Positions 50,652 to 60,538 of a stretch of DNA of 64,000 nucleotides are shown piece by piece. Every line of letters starts with the position of its first letter. The first letter of the stretch is position 1. Source of the DNA: an uncultured Chromatiales bacterium (GTDB lineage: Bacteria; Bacteroidota; Ignavibacteria; SZUA-365); the NCBI GenBank assembly GCA_964448285.1, contig CAYUWG010000016.1, positions 188 to 64,187 of the forward strand, written 5' to 3'. A program made the translations under genes and the position numbers. Below the pieces are notes generated by a model, which had not been told where the DNA came from, did not search any database, and saw nothing but the letters and a program-made list of their open reading frames with translations.

Positions 50652-51854
50652 ATGAAACTTCACGAATATCAGGGCAAGGAGATCTTACGCCGATTCAATG
50701 TCCCGACGCCCAATGGCCGGGTGGCTTTTTCAGCAGATGAAGCCGTTGCCGTAGCGCGCGAACTCGGCGGGGAGCTGTGGGTTGTGAAAGCACAAATCCA
50801 CGCAGGTGGCCGGGGAAAAGGCGACCTCTACGACCCGCAAACTGACGTGCTCATCATGAACGGCGGCGTCAAAGTCGCCTCAACACTCGATGAAGTTCGA
50901 GCATATTCGGCAAAAATGATCGGCAACAAGCTCGTCACGGTGCAAACCGGCCCGGAAGGCAAGATTGTTCAGCGAGTCCTCGTCGAGCAGGGCGTGAATA
51001 TCGCGAAGGAATTTTACGCGGGCATGCTGCTCGATCGCGCACAATCGCGAAACATCATCATGGTCTCCACGGAAGGCGGAATGGAAATCGAGAAGGTTGC
51101 CGCAACGACCCCTGAGAAAATCCACCGGATCACCATCGACCCCGTTATGGGATTTCAGCCCTATGAGGCGCGTGAGCTTGCATTCGCTCTCGGCCTTTCG
51201 GGAGAGGGCTATAAAAACGCAGTCAACTTCCTGCTCACGCTCGTGCGGGCTTACGATCTATTGGACGCAAGCTTGTTCGAGATCAATCCGCTTGTGCTAA
51301 CGGATGATGGCAAGATCATCGCACTCGACTGCAAGGTCGCCATCGACGACAATGCGCTCTTTAGCCACAAAGACATCGCTGAGATGCGCGACATTTCGGA
51401 GGAAGCGCCGCTGGAAGTGGAAGCCTCGAAGCACAATCTCAACTACATCAAACTCGATGGCAATGTCGGCTGCATGGTCAACGGCGCAGGGCTTGCCATG
51501 GCGACGATGGATATCATCAAGCTTGCCGGAGGAGAACCGGCGAACTTTCTCGACGTCGGCGGTGGAGCTAACGCTGAGACCGTCGAAAACGGCTTCCGCA
51601 TAATCCTGAGCGATCCTCACGTCCAGGCTATTCTCATAAACATCTTCGGCGGCATCGTACGCTGTGACCGCATTGCGAACGGCGTCGTACAAGCCGCGCG
51701 AAACATCGATATTCACGTTCCCATCGTCGTTCGCCTTGCGGGAACCAATGCCGATGAAGCCGCAAGCATTCTCAATGAATCCGGAATGACCTTCCTTGTC
51801 GCAACGGATTTGAAAGATGCGGCGAGAAAAGTCACGCAGGCTATTGGAGCATAG
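50652..51854 (+). CDS. sucC: Succinate--CoA ligase (ADP-forming) beta subunit
   Basis: Start at [18 protein letters not shown] (classic SucC N-terminus, ATP-grasp); the ORF track starts at 50610. ...[12 protein letters not shown]... CoA-ligase domain. No sucD follows. Confidence 0.9.
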   Translation: MKLHEYQGKEILRRFNVPTPNGRVAFSADEAVAVARELGGELWVVKAQIHAGGRGKGDLYDPQTDVLIMNGGVKVASTLDEVRAYSAKMIGNKLVTVQTGPEGKIVQRVLVEQGVNIAKEFYAGMLLDRAQSRNIIMVSTEGGMEIEKVAATTPEKIHRITIDPVMGFQPYEARELAFALGLSGEGYKNAVNFLLTLVRAYDLLDASLFEINPLVLTDDGKIIALDCKVAIDDNALFSHKDIAEMRDISEEAPLEVEASKHNLNYIKLDGNVGCMVNGAGLAMATMDIIKLAGGEPANFLDVGGGANAETVENGFRIILSDPHVQAILINIFGGIVRCDRIANGVVQAARNIDIHVPIVVRLAGTNADEAASILNESGMTFLVATDLKDAARKVTQAIGA

Positions 51855-51878
51855 CATTCTCACCATGCATTCACGTAC

Positions 51879-51908
51879 GCGGCTGTTGCAACGACAGCCG
51901 CTTTTCTT
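51879..51908 (+). terminator. Rho-independent terminator after sucC
   Basis: GCGGCTGTTGCAACGACAGCCGC hairpin followed by TTTTCTT. Confidence 0.7.
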
Positions 51909-51940
51909 ATACCATCCTTCCGAATTGAAACAAAACCAAT

Positions 51941-53242
51941 TTGGAATTGTCATTCCTCCATCCCGTATCGGGACTCCATCATTCCTCCACTAAAGCAGTT
52001 ACCCTTATGACATACCTTTACGCCCTGATTCTCACGCTCACGCTTTCCGCTATCACTCAGGCACAGATAGCGTGGACATCCTTGAACACCGAACGTCCCG
52101 ATGCATATTTTAACGGGGTTGCTTTTATCAATGAACAGAAAGGATTTGCGGTTGCCGGCGACGGGATCGTCTTGTACACGGAGAATGGCGGACAAAGCTG
52201 GGGAACGAAGAACCTGAATACGAAAGTGAAGCTCATGCGCGTGCGATTCCTGAACGAGAACATCGGTTTCATCTGCGGTGAAGGTGGAAAACTCTTTAAG
52301 ACCACGAATGGCGGGAATAGCTGGGACTCCCTCTCAACAGGTTCTGCGAGATTCTTTTTCGATGTCGCGTTCTATGATGAGAACCTTGGCATTGTCGGAG
52401 GCGAAGGGAATACCCTGCTCGTGACCACAGATGGTGGCGCAACCTGGACTCAGCGTGACCCCCGGTTCAATGTGAACAATGTCAACGGCGTTGTATGGCT
52501 CACGAATCAAATTGCCGTCGCGGTTGGCAATGCCGGAAAGATTTCCCGCACGACGAACGGCGGTCAATCATGGCAAAGTCAGACCGGCGCGGGAAACAAT
52601 GCGCTCTATGCCGTTTCAGCGGGAAACCAAAACGTCGTGACGGCAGTCGGTTCGAACGGCATGATCCTTCAATCACGTGAAGCGGGACGAAACTGGAAAA
52701 CGATGACCGCCGAGATTCCCATCGGTTCATACATTTTTCAGGACGTTCACCACGTGGACAGCAACACGGCATTCGTTGTCGGTTGGAATGGGATGATCCT
52801 CCGGACGACAAACGGCGGGGCGAATTGGCTTCCACAGGATCTTGCGATCCCGCAGTCGTTGCAAGCCGTCGATTTCGTCAATGAAAATGTCGGTTACACC
52901 GCAGGATGGGCCGGGACGATGTACAAAACCGAAAGCGGAGGATTCGTCGTGAGCGTCGAGCGTCCTGTCAGTCCTTTCACAACGCAACTCAATCCTGCAT
53001 ACCCCAATCCCGTTCGGAATAGCGTTGTCACATTCTCCTACGGTCTGAACAGCGCAACGACAATTCGCATCACGATTCATGACGTTCTTGGAAGAGAAGT
53101 CATGACCGTCTTTGAGGGACAGAGAGCTGCCGGCACCTACGATGCGATCATTCCGAGTACGCAATTACAGGAAGGTTTGTACTTCATCCGCTTGAGCGAT
53201 GCCATGCAGACTATGGCGCAATCATTTCTTGTCGTGAAGTAA
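51941..53242 (+). CDS. Ycf48/BNR-like beta-propeller protein with T9SS C-terminal sorting domain
   Basis: The probable start is the internal MTYLYALILTLTLSAITQAQ (~52006). Repeats YTENGGQSWGTK, KTTNGGNSWDS, TTDGGATWTQRD, RTTNGGQSWQSQ, RTTNGGANW. CTD: NPAYPNPVRNSVVTFSYGLNSATTIRITIHDVLGREV...GLYFIRL. Confidence 0.7.
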   Translation: MELSFLHPVSGLHHSSTKAVTLMTYLYALILTLTLSAITQAQIAWTSLNTERPDAYFNGVAFINEQKGFAVAGDGIVLYTENGGQSWGTKNLNTKVKLMRVRFLNENIGFICGEGGKLFKTTNGGNSWDSLSTGSARFFFDVAFYDENLGIVGGEGNTLLVTTDGGATWTQRDPRFNVNNVNGVVWLTNQIAVAVGNAGKISRTTNGGQSWQSQTGAGNNALYAVSAGNQNVVTAVGSNGMILQSREAGRNWKTMTAEIPIGSYIFQDVHHVDSNTAFVVGWNGMILRTTNGGANWLPQDLAIPQSLQAVDFVNENVGYTAGWAGTMYKTESGGFVVSVERPVSPFTTQLNPAYPNPVRNSVVTFSYGLNSATTIRITIHDVLGREVMTVFEGQRAAGTYDAIIPSTQLQEGLYFIRLSDAMQTMAQSFLVVK

Positions 53243-53349
53243 TATCCCGTGCTGCGAACGTCTTCTCGTTCTCTTGGACGAGTTTCGTTTTATTTGAGGC
53301 GTTACGCTTGACCACAGCCAAGGATCGTACGTCAATCATGCTAAAGCAT

Positions 53350-53420
53350 GGACAACGTACATGTCTTTCCCCTTTACCTCTTCACCTCTTTACCCCCTTA
53401 ACCTCTTCACCACAAAGCGA
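53350..53420. repeat. Dispersed intergenic element, copy C (TTTACCTCTTCAC x3, partial)
   Basis: ctttcccctttacctcttcacctctttacccccttaacctcttcacc lies downstream of the T9SS gene above. It shares the CCTCTTCAC triplet module with copies A and B but lacks the GGGAACGAG part. Confidence 0.55.
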
Positions 53421-54174
53421 TCTTCGCTTCAATCCAACCTTGCAGAGAAGCGAGCTTCCATCGGCTCTGCTCTTTGACGATGGATGTGAACGGAAACTCG
53501 TAGGCAATCATCGGTGAAAGGGTAAGCGGTTCCAGTGTGAGATCATAACCTACTCCGGCGTGAACTGCAAAACGCATCGTGCTTTTCGTGAAGAGAGCAT
53601 CGAGGCTTCCTTCCTGAATGCGCTTCTCGTTCGTATTCGTATTGAGAAAAATATAACCGGGCGTCTTTATCCGCTCTACTTCGTCAATATGGTCGTTCAG
53701 GAGAATACCGAACGACGGACCTGCGGTGACGAACAACCCGCCCACTCCGGTACTCCACTTTCCCGCAACGATGAGACTCGCATACGTCAGTTTCACATCT
53801 GCCTTCCGTTCTGTAGTCACATCGATCGCTTCTCCCGATTGAACGAATTCCTTTTGTGTCGTCTCAACCGTGTATGCCGTATTCAATGCTGACCACGCCG
53901 CAGTGAGTACGATACTCCACTCGCTGTCGAGCACATATTCCGCCGTCAATCCCGCAAATGGTCCAACGCCACTGCCCTCCTCGTAAATGCAATTGCACGT
54001 CGTACGGAATTCTCCCATTGCCAAAGCAGCGCTTACTCCCGCACGCACGCCAAAACTCAATGTCTTGTTCTGTTCTTTGGTATCGGAAGAACTTTGCGGC
54101 TCGGCCCCGCCAACCTGTGCAAGTGCCTGCACAGATATGAGTGCGAAGAGTGTTACTGATGCGATGAATTTCAC
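53407..54174 (-). CDS. Outer-membrane beta-barrel protein (OMP_b-brl_2/porin-like), paralog 1
   Basis: Signal peptide MKFIASVTLFALISVQALAQ. TTCNCIYEEGSG motif shared with the neighbour. C-terminal ...AKIALW. Confidence 0.5.
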   Translation of the reverse strand: MKFIASVTLFALISVQALAQVGGAEPQSSSDTKEQNKTLSFGVRAGVSAALAMGEFRTTCNCIYEEGSGVGPFAGLTAEYVLDSEWSIVLTAAWSALNTAYTVETTQKEFVQSGEAIDVTTERKADVKLTYASLIVAGKWSTGVGGLFVTAGPSFGILLNDHIDEVERIKTPGYIFLNTNTNEKRIQEGSLDALFTKSTMRFAVHAGVGYDLTLEPLTLSPMIAYEFPFTSIVKEQSRWKLASLQGWIEAKIALW

Positions 54175-54186
54175 GGTATCTCCTTT

Positions 54187-54990
54187 TCAAAGAACAAAAA
54201 GCACGACACAGGAAAGTGCCGCCGATGTGATGTTCCACTCCTCGTACTCCCGAACAAGCGTTGTGAGTGGATAGAAATACGAAAGCTCCGGCGCGAGCAT
54301 CGTGTTTTGCGCAATCGGAATCTCGTAACGAACGGCAACCTGAATGCCCGCTCTGAATTTTCCTTGCGAATAAAGTTCTGAAAGACTGCCGTCAAGATAT
54401 TCGATAGTCCGCGTGTTCGATGAGCGGTATGTGTAATTCTGCGTGAGAGCTTCCTCGGTTTCCCGTATGTTATCGTCGAGTACGAAACCGCCACTCACAC
54501 CGATGCCGGCAAAGAGTCTTTCTACGGGTGTAAGCCACGTGAGGGAAAATCCGACGCCGAGCGTGACAAGCTGGACGTCCACCATACTGCGAAAGTCAAT
54601 GTTTGCATATCGCCCTTCGTTATACACGTACTCGATACGCGTATCATTGCGTTCGTAGGATGTTCCGCTCCACGCGAGCGATATCACACCCGTAATCGAG
54701 AAGCGCTCGCCTACCGGATGCTCCCCCATCACACCGAGTCGAGGACCCCATCCGCTTCCGTTTTGATACGTGCAATCACAGGTCGTAGAAAAACTACCGA
54801 TCGAACGATTGTACTGCAATCCTGCAAAAGTTCCGGCGCGATTCGGATGTTGAATCTTCGCCGGTTCGCGAAATGGCTTGAGAACGCTTCCCTGTGCGAA
54901 TACCTGAGAACCGCAAGCAAGCGCAATCATCATGAGAAGGATCGTCAGGTGCACAGGGATTCCGGTTTCATCGTTTGGGAATATGGGCAA
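54187..54990 (-). CDS. Outer-membrane beta-barrel protein (OMP_b-brl_2/porin-like), paralog 2
   Basis: Signal peptide region LTILLMMIALACGSQVFAQ. Shared TTCDCTYQNGSG motif. C-terminal aromatic residues. Confidence 0.5.
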   Translation of the reverse strand: MPIFPNDETGIPVHLTILLMMIALACGSQVFAQGSVLKPFREPAKIQHPNRAGTFAGLQYNRSIGSFSTTCDCTYQNGSGWGPRLGVMGEHPVGERFSITGVISLAWSGTSYERNDTRIEYVYNEGRYANIDFRSMVDVQLVTLGVGFSLTWLTPVERLFAGIGVSGGFVLDDNIRETEEALTQNYTYRSSNTRTIEYLDGSLSELYSQGKFRAGIQVAVRYEIPIAQNTMLAPELSYFYPLTTLVREYEEWNITSAALSCVVLFVL

Positions 54991-55012
54991 CCAGTCGCTG
55001 AGTCACAACGGA

Positions 55013-55771
55013 CTAAATTCTTTCAACCGCAGCACAGTCTATCCATCCTTCTTTCCCATCGGCAAGCCTGATGTGACACGCTTCGCCGGAGTTCTCGAGG
55101 ATTTCAACCTTCAAGCCTTCATGAATCGTGAAGGCATCGACGCCGGCGGCATCCGGTGCGCTTCTCGCCGTAACCGCCTTCGCAAGGACAATCGCATAAC
55201 GTCGCGCATGAAGGTCTTCCTGTTTATCCATGAGGAGGAACACCGTCGAAGTGAAGACTGCAAACAGAAGAACACCCACCATGAGTGCGACACGCCGAAG
55301 CAGAATCGAACGCGATGCAAAGAAGAAGTATGCTGCAACGGCACAGAGCCACAGCCAGATGACCGACCAGAGAAAGATCGTCTCTGAATCGTTCTCCCTC
55401 TTTACCCCGTTCCACCACTCGACGATTGCGAGAAGCGGAATCGCTTCGACGCGATCTTTCAACCGAGCGCCGACGACCTGCATGTTGTGGCTGATATCCT
55501 CATCACCGGGACGCAAAACGTACGCGCGTTCAAAGTTCAACATCGCGAGCCCGTATTCCCCAGCTTTGAAGTAGGCATTGCCGAGATTGAAATGAATGTC
55601 TGCATTTCGGGTACCGCTCTTGAGGATGCTCTCGTATGCTTCGACCGCTTGCCGGAATTTTCCCTCGGAGTAAAACGTCGCTGCTTCGTCAGGTGAAATC
55701 GTCCGGCACATCAGCGCGCAAACCGGGAGCAAGAACGTCGCAATGAGTACAGTCTTCAACACCCGCATCAT
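55013..55771 (-). CDS. batE: BatE (TPR repeats + TM + C-terminal SH3b domain), aerotolerance operon
   Basis: TPR (YSEGKFRQAVEAYESIL...NLGNAYFKAGEYGLAM), a TM segment, and C-terminal SH3-like AVTARSAPDAAGVDAFTIHEGLKVEIL. Start taken at internal MMRVLKTVLIATF; the ORF track starts at 55816. Confidence 0.7.
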   Translation of the reverse strand: MMRVLKTVLIATFLLPVCALMCRTISPDEAATFYSEGKFRQAVEAYESILKSGTRNADIHFNLGNAYFKAGEYGLAMLNFERAYVLRPGDEDISHNMQVVGARLKDRVEAIPLLAIVEWWNGVKRENDSETIFLWSVIWLWLCAVAAYFFFASRSILLRRVALMVGVLLFAVFTSTVFLLMDKQEDLHARRYAIVLAKAVTARSAPDAAGVDAFTIHEGLKVEILENSGEACHIRLADGKEGWIDCAAVERI

Positions 55772-55826
55772 CCATCTGCGCGGTGATCCCATCGGTTGCA
55801 GCGTGCACTCCCTCACAGAGCAAGCC

Positions 55827-57659
55827 TCATCCTTTGAGTGCTTGTTCGGTGAAAATGATCGCAGAGCGGGCTTTATCGTACAACGCAGTCATCTCTTCGC
55901 GGGAAGCGCGGGTCGGTGAAAACCGTGCGTACTCCGTTGCATCGAGCGCCGCTCGAACGAGTGTTTGCGTATCCTCGGCGACGTTTCTCTTTTGCAACGC
56001 TTCGATTACTCTTTCCACAGATGTTTCCGACGTAGGGAGGTTGAGCTTATTCTGTGCGTAGCCCCAAAGTGCGCGAGCGATTTCCAAGTAGTATGCGTCG
56101 ATGTCATTCGCTTCGAGGAACTTCTTCGAATGCGAGAGATGGCGTTCGGCGGTTCGCGTCGCACGTCTCATGCGCAAACCGACGACGTCGCCATGGATGC
56201 GGTCGTAGCGTCGCTTCGCAAGCAGCGCAATACCGAAAGCGAGAACAGGCAGCACGTACATCGACACGATGATTGAAGGAGAAATGCCTATCGATTCGGA
56301 GGGCATGTTGCCTGCATCGATCTTTCGCAGCGGTCGGATATCCTGCGTGAGGTAGTTCACGGCGTGCTGCCCGGGGATAGCGGCAATGGACTGCGGATCG
56401 GCTTCTTCGATGGACAGCACGAACGATTCCGATTCAAGCGTGACGTAGCGTTTTTTCTCGTAATCGAAATAGGAAAACTCGACCGGCGGAATTTCTTTCT
56501 CTCCCGGATAACGCGGAACGAGGAGGTATTCGTAGCTCTTCACGCCGGTGATCTTCCCGCCGTTGCGAATGATCTCTTCATCCACCTTCGGGTCGAAATG
56601 ATCGACGTCATTCGGAAACGAGGCGAACGGCTCTTCCAACAGCTTGATGTTTCCTTCACCGCGAATAACCACTTTCAAAGTCGCTGTTTCGTTTGCCTTC
56701 AACTTCTTCTTATCGAGCGTCGTCTGCATCGTGAAAGAACCGACGGCGCCGTTGAATGTGTACGGCTTCCCTTCTTCCGGAAGCGGAAGTATCTTCAAAG
56801 CAATACGATCCGTCGAAAGCGCCCTCTTGATATTCTTGTATGAATCGAAAAACGGATCGCTGAAAAAGCGGTCGAAGAAGTCGTCGCCGCTTCGTCTCTT
56901 CTGGCGCACCTGCACGGTGCAGTCGAGTTCGAACGGCTCGATGAACAACTCACCGGATTGCGTTGGGAAATAGACGACCTTCCTCACGACGTAGGTTTCG
57001 TACTGTTTCCCGTTGATCACCTCAATCACGGATTTCAACTGCGTCGGCGTCTCGATATCCTCGGACCAGAATCCGACCATACGTGGAAGCTTTATCTGAC
57101 CGTCGGGCTGAAATGCAACGCGCGAATATATTTTGTACGTGACCGTGACGGGTTCGCCGATATATGCGGTTCGTTTATCGACAATCGCGCGCATGTAAAA
57201 GTTATCGCCCAAATCGACGGACGGCGCATCTTGTTCTTTCTTCTTTGCCTGATTGCTTGAGCTGCCGGGCGTTCCAGTCGTCACCGTGATTTTTATTGGA
57301 CCCGTCTTGAGCGTTTCGCCGTCGTAGTTGATAGTCGCTGAGCCGATCGAATATGTGCCTACGTTTCTCGGTTGAAGAACGTAGGTCCACGATATCGATG
57401 TACTCACGCGCCCGTTGATGATCTGCATGGACTGCGACGAACTCGGTCCCATCAACGTGAGAAAGTTTGCATTCACGTCAGGCACACGAAAATCTCTGTA
57501 CTGTTTCAGACTTCCTCCCGATAGTGTGAACGTCACCTGAAACTGCTCTCCCAAAGCAACTTTATCCGTGCTGACTGTCGCGTTGAAAGTGACTTCCTGC
57601 GCCCATGCCGTGGTGGCGAGCAGAAGACAGAACGCACCGATCTGAAAGAAACGCGTCAT
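55827..57659 (-). CDS. batD: BatD family protein (oxygen tolerance)
   Basis: 610 aa. Signal peptide. N-terminal VTFNATVSTDKVALGEQFQVTFTLSGG is the BatD signature. C-terminal TM. Operon position. Confidence 0.75.
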   Translation of the reverse strand: MTRFFQIGAFCLLLATTAWAQEVTFNATVSTDKVALGEQFQVTFTLSGGSLKQYRDFRVPDVNANFLTLMGPSSSQSMQIINGRVSTSISWTYVLQPRNVGTYSIGSATINYDGETLKTGPIKITVTTGTPGSSSNQAKKKEQDAPSVDLGDNFYMRAIVDKRTAYIGEPVTVTYKIYSRVAFQPDGQIKLPRMVGFWSEDIETPTQLKSVIEVINGKQYETYVVRKVVYFPTQSGELFIEPFELDCTVQVRQKRRSGDDFFDRFFSDPFFDSYKNIKRALSTDRIALKILPLPEEGKPYTFNGAVGSFTMQTTLDKKKLKANETATLKVVIRGEGNIKLLEEPFASFPNDVDHFDPKVDEEIIRNGGKITGVKSYEYLLVPRYPGEKEIPPVEFSYFDYEKKRYVTLESESFVLSIEEADPQSIAAIPGQHAVNYLTQDIRPLRKIDAGNMPSESIGISPSIIVSMYVLPVLAFGIALLAKRRYDRIHGDVVGLRMRRATRTAERHLSHSKKFLEANDIDAYYLEIARALWGYAQNKLNLPTSETSVERVIEALQKRNVAEDTQTLVRAALDATEYARFSPTRASREEMTALYDKARSAIIFTEQALKG

Positions 57660-57660
57660 C

Positions 57661-58488
57661 TCACCAATCCTTATCTACGTTCACTCGGACTGCGCGCTTT
57701 TCGCGAAGCTTTTTCTGGAGTTCCTTCTCATCGCGTTCGAGGGCTTTCAGAATTTGTTCGGCCTGTTGCTTGGACATTTGCTTCTGTTGCTCAGGCTTTC
57801 GTTGCTTCTGCTGTTCTTGCTGTTCGTTTTGTTTTTGCTGGTCCTGCTTCTGCTGCTCGTCCTTTTTGTCCTGCTTGTTCTGTTCCTGCTCCTTGTCCTT
57901 CTCTTTGTTCTGGTCGTCCTTGTCCTTGTCCTGCTTTTGATCCTGCTTCCGCTGATCCTTGTTCTGGTTCTGGTTGTTCTGCTGATTGTTCAGTTCCTGA
58001 AGCTTCCGCATCGCATAGGTGAGGTTGTAGCGCGCATCTTCGTCCTTGGGATTGAGCTTCAATGCTTGCTTGTAGGCTTCGATCGCGTTCTTGTAGCCTT
58101 CCTTGCGCATCGCGTTCACGTCGTTGCCCTGCGCATCGGCCATTGGTACTTGCGCGCCTTTTTCAGCAGCATTGAGAAAGGAGTTGCCTGCGTTGTACCA
58201 GATCTGCGAGCCTTCTTCCGGTGAGCGGGCGCGTTCGCCGGCTTTCTTATACGATTCGATCGCTGCCTTGAAGGCGTCGTTTCGATACTCTGCATTGCCG
58301 GAGTTGAAATGGCTCTCGATACGTTCAGGAGCGACGGTGGCAGCAGACTGATATTTCTTTTTCGCTGCATCGTACTGTCCCTGATGATAGAGGTCGTTGC
58401 CCTCGTTCACCGTCGAGCGATACGACTGCGAGGATGCGCTGAGGGTTGTGAGAAAAGTGACTGCGAGGGATATAAGGATTCGATTCAT
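57661..58488 (-). CDS. batC: BatC (TPR-repeat protein) with long Q/K/D/E/N-rich low-complexity C-terminal region
   Basis: Signal peptide, TPR helices (GNDLYHQGQYDAAKKKYQSA...), then ~90 aa of QNNQNQNKDQRKQDQKQDKDKDD.... Confidence 0.75.
   Translation of the reverse strand: MNRILISLAVTFLTTLSASSQSYRSTVNEGNDLYHQGQYDAAKKKYQSAATVAPERIESHFNSGNAEYRNDAFKAAIESYKKAGERARSPEEGSQIWYNAGNSFLNAAEKGAQVPMADAQGNDVNAMRKEGYKNAIEAYKQALKLNPKDEDARYNLTYAMRKLQELNNQQNNQNQNKDQRKQDQKQDKDKDDQNKEKDKEQEQNKQDKKDEQQKQDQQKQNEQQEQQKQRKPEQQKQMSKQQAEQILKALERDEKELQKKLREKRAVRVNVDKDW
57740..57990. repeat. Low-complexity DNA (CTGCTTCTG / GTCCTTGTCCTT-type microrepeats) encoding the BatC QK-rich tract
   Basis: Runs of ctgcttctgctg, ccttgtccttgtcctg, ggttctggttctggttgttctgctg visible in the sequence. 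Confidence 0.7.
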
Positions 58489-59537
58489 GCAGCTTTCCTT
58501 TCGCTTGTATCTGCAAAGATGGAGAAGCGCGCAAGGAATTTGTTTCGCTTCTCTGAAAGGATAAACTCCCCGATAAGAAGAAGCAAGGCGAATGCGACGA
58601 GATATTGGAAGCGATCTTCGTATGCCGTGAACTGCTTCGTCCCGAATTCCTTCTTCTCCATTTTCTCGATCTCCGAAAACACCGCGCCGAGATTGTCGCG
58701 TGCGTTCGTCGCTTGTGTGAACGTTCCGCCTGCCGCGTCAGCAATTTCGACGAGAATCTTTGCATCCAACTTCGTGAGGATCGTCCGCCCTTCAGGGTCG
58801 GTTTTGAAACCCGTCGTCTGACTGCCTGAGTGAATTGGAATCGGAGCGCCTTCCGGTGAACCCATACCGATGGTGTGAACGACGATCCCCTCTTCCGCCG
58901 CTTTCTTCGCTGCTGAAACCGGATCATCTTCGTGGTTCTCGCCATCGGTGATAACGATGAGCGCTTTGTACTGATTTTCTTCTTTCGAAAAAGACTCGCG
59001 CGCCAGTTCGATTGCCGAGCCAATGGCTGTTCCAGCGGTCGGTGCGCTTCCAACCGTGATGATGTCCGAGAGCATGAGCGCTGCGCTATAGTCCGACGTG
59101 AGTGGAAGCTGTGTGTAGCCGGAGCCTGCGAACACGATGATTCCTATCCGGTCTCCCTTCAGTCTGTTGATGAGCGTCATCAACTCGCGTTTTGCCGCTG
59201 TGATGCGATTCGGTTTGATGTCTTCGGCTAACATGCTGTTCGAAACATCGATAGCAACGATGAGGTCGATGCCGGAGCGCGTCACTTCTTCGAACTTCGT
59301 TCCCAACTGCGGATTCGTGTAAGCAACGATGAGCGAGGCGATAGCGAGTAAAAAAATCGATCCGCGTAGCCAGAACTTCACGCGGCTGCGCTGGTCGATC
59401 AAGCGAATCACCGTTGCACGTTCACCAAATACGGTCAACCCTTTCTTCTTCAAATGCCAGACAAACCACAGCGCTGCTGCAAGCACAGGCAATGCGAAGA
59501 GATACGTGAGGTATTCAGGGTGAGCGAAGCGCAGCAT
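58485..59537 (-). CDS. batB: BatB (vWA domain membrane protein)
   Basis: N-terminal TM helices then vWA: DLIVAIDVSNSMLAEDIKPNRITAAK...IIVFAGSGYTQLPLTSD...LIVITDGENH. Confidence 0.8.
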   Translation of the reverse strand: MLRFAHPEYLTYLFALPVLAAALWFVWHLKKKGLTVFGERATVIRLIDQRSRVKFWLRGSIFLLAIASLIVAYTNPQLGTKFEEVTRSGIDLIVAIDVSNSMLAEDIKPNRITAAKRELMTLINRLKGDRIGIIVFAGSGYTQLPLTSDYSAALMLSDIITVGSAPTAGTAIGSAIELARESFSKEENQYKALIVITDGENHEDDPVSAAKKAAEEGIVVHTIGMGSPEGAPIPIHSGSQTTGFKTDPEGRTILTKLDAKILVEIADAAGGTFTQATNARDNLGAVFSEIEKMEKKEFGTKQFTAYEDRFQYLVAFALLLLIGEFILSEKRNKFLARFSIFADTSERKAA

Positions 59538-59539
59538 CT

Positions 59540-60538
59540 CTATGGAATTTTTCTAAAGACAAATCCCGAGAGGAGAAATTCCAGCGCAAGAAAACCGAGT
59601 GCGGCAAGAACGTAGTCGTAAAACAGTTCCGTGTAACGATGGAACTCCGTTACTTCGATCTTCGTGCGCTCCATCTTATCGATTTCCTGATAGATGTCCT
59701 TCAGCTTCTGGTTGCTCGTTGCCCGGAAATATGCGCCGCCGGTGAGCGTGGCAACTTGTTTAAGCATCTCTTCATCGATCTCGACCGGCATCGGCTGGTA
59801 GGTAATTCCGAACGGCGTTTGAACCGGGTACGGCGCCATGCCGCGCGTTCCCACTCCGATCGTGTACATGCGGATACCGAACGTATTCGCAATCTGTGCA
59901 GCCGTAGCAGGATCGATGGAACCCATGTTGTTGACTCCATCGGTGAGAAGGATCATCACTTTGCTTTTACTCTTGCTGGCACGCATGCGGTTGACGGCGT
60001 TGGCGATTCCTTCTCCGATAGCCGTTCCGTCTTTCAGATTTCCTGTTTTTACCTTTTTCAGAAGATCGATGAGAACCGTGTAATCGGTGGTCAGTGGACA
60101 TTGCGTAAAACTTTCCCCTGCGAAGATGACAAGCCCGATGCGGTCGGTCATGCGTCCGCTGATAAACTCCTCGGCAACTTGCTTCGCTGCATCAAGTCTG
60201 TTGGGACGTAAGTCTTCGGCTAACATCGAACCGGAAATGTCGAGCACGAGCGTGATATCGATGCCTTCGCGATAGACGTTTTCGCCGCGCGCCGACGTCT
60301 GCGGACGCGCGAATGCGACGATGAGCGCCGATAACGCGACGAAACGCAGCACAATGGGAAGATGACGGAAATGCACCCGCCATCCTTTCGGCAGTCCTTC
60401 GAGCAAGGACATCGACGAATGACGCAGCGCCATGATCGATGCACGTTGCTTCACTATGTACCAGACGATGAGCAACGGCACGATGAGAAGCAACCAGAGG
60501 AATTCCGGATTCGCGAACTGTGTCACGTGTTCAAACAT
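59540..60538 (-). CDS. batA: BatA (vWA domain membrane protein)
   Basis: DITLVLDISGSMLAEDLRPNRLDAAKQVA...LVIFAGESFTQCPLTTDY...ILLTDGVNNMG. Confidence 0.8.
   Translation of the reverse strand: MFEHVTQFANPEFLWLLLIVPLLIVWYIVKQRASIMALRHSSMSLLEGLPKGWRVHFRHLPIVLRFVALSALIVAFARPQTSARGENVYREGIDITLVLDISGSMLAEDLRPNRLDAAKQVAEEFISGRMTDRIGLVIFAGESFTQCPLTTDYTVLIDLLKKVKTGNLKDGTAIGEGIANAVNRMRASKSKSKVMILLTDGVNNMGSIDPATAAQIANTFGIRMYTIGVGTRGMAPYPVQTPFGITYQPMPVEIDEEMLKQVATLTGGAYFRATSNQKLKDIYQEIDKMERTKIEVTEFHRYTELFYDYVLAALGFLALEFLLSGFVFRKIP

Noticed and set aside
57754-58224. 156-aa poly-Leu ORF (MFGLLLGHLLLLL...)
   Set aside because: It is an antisense reading of the BatC Q/K-rich microrepeat tract.
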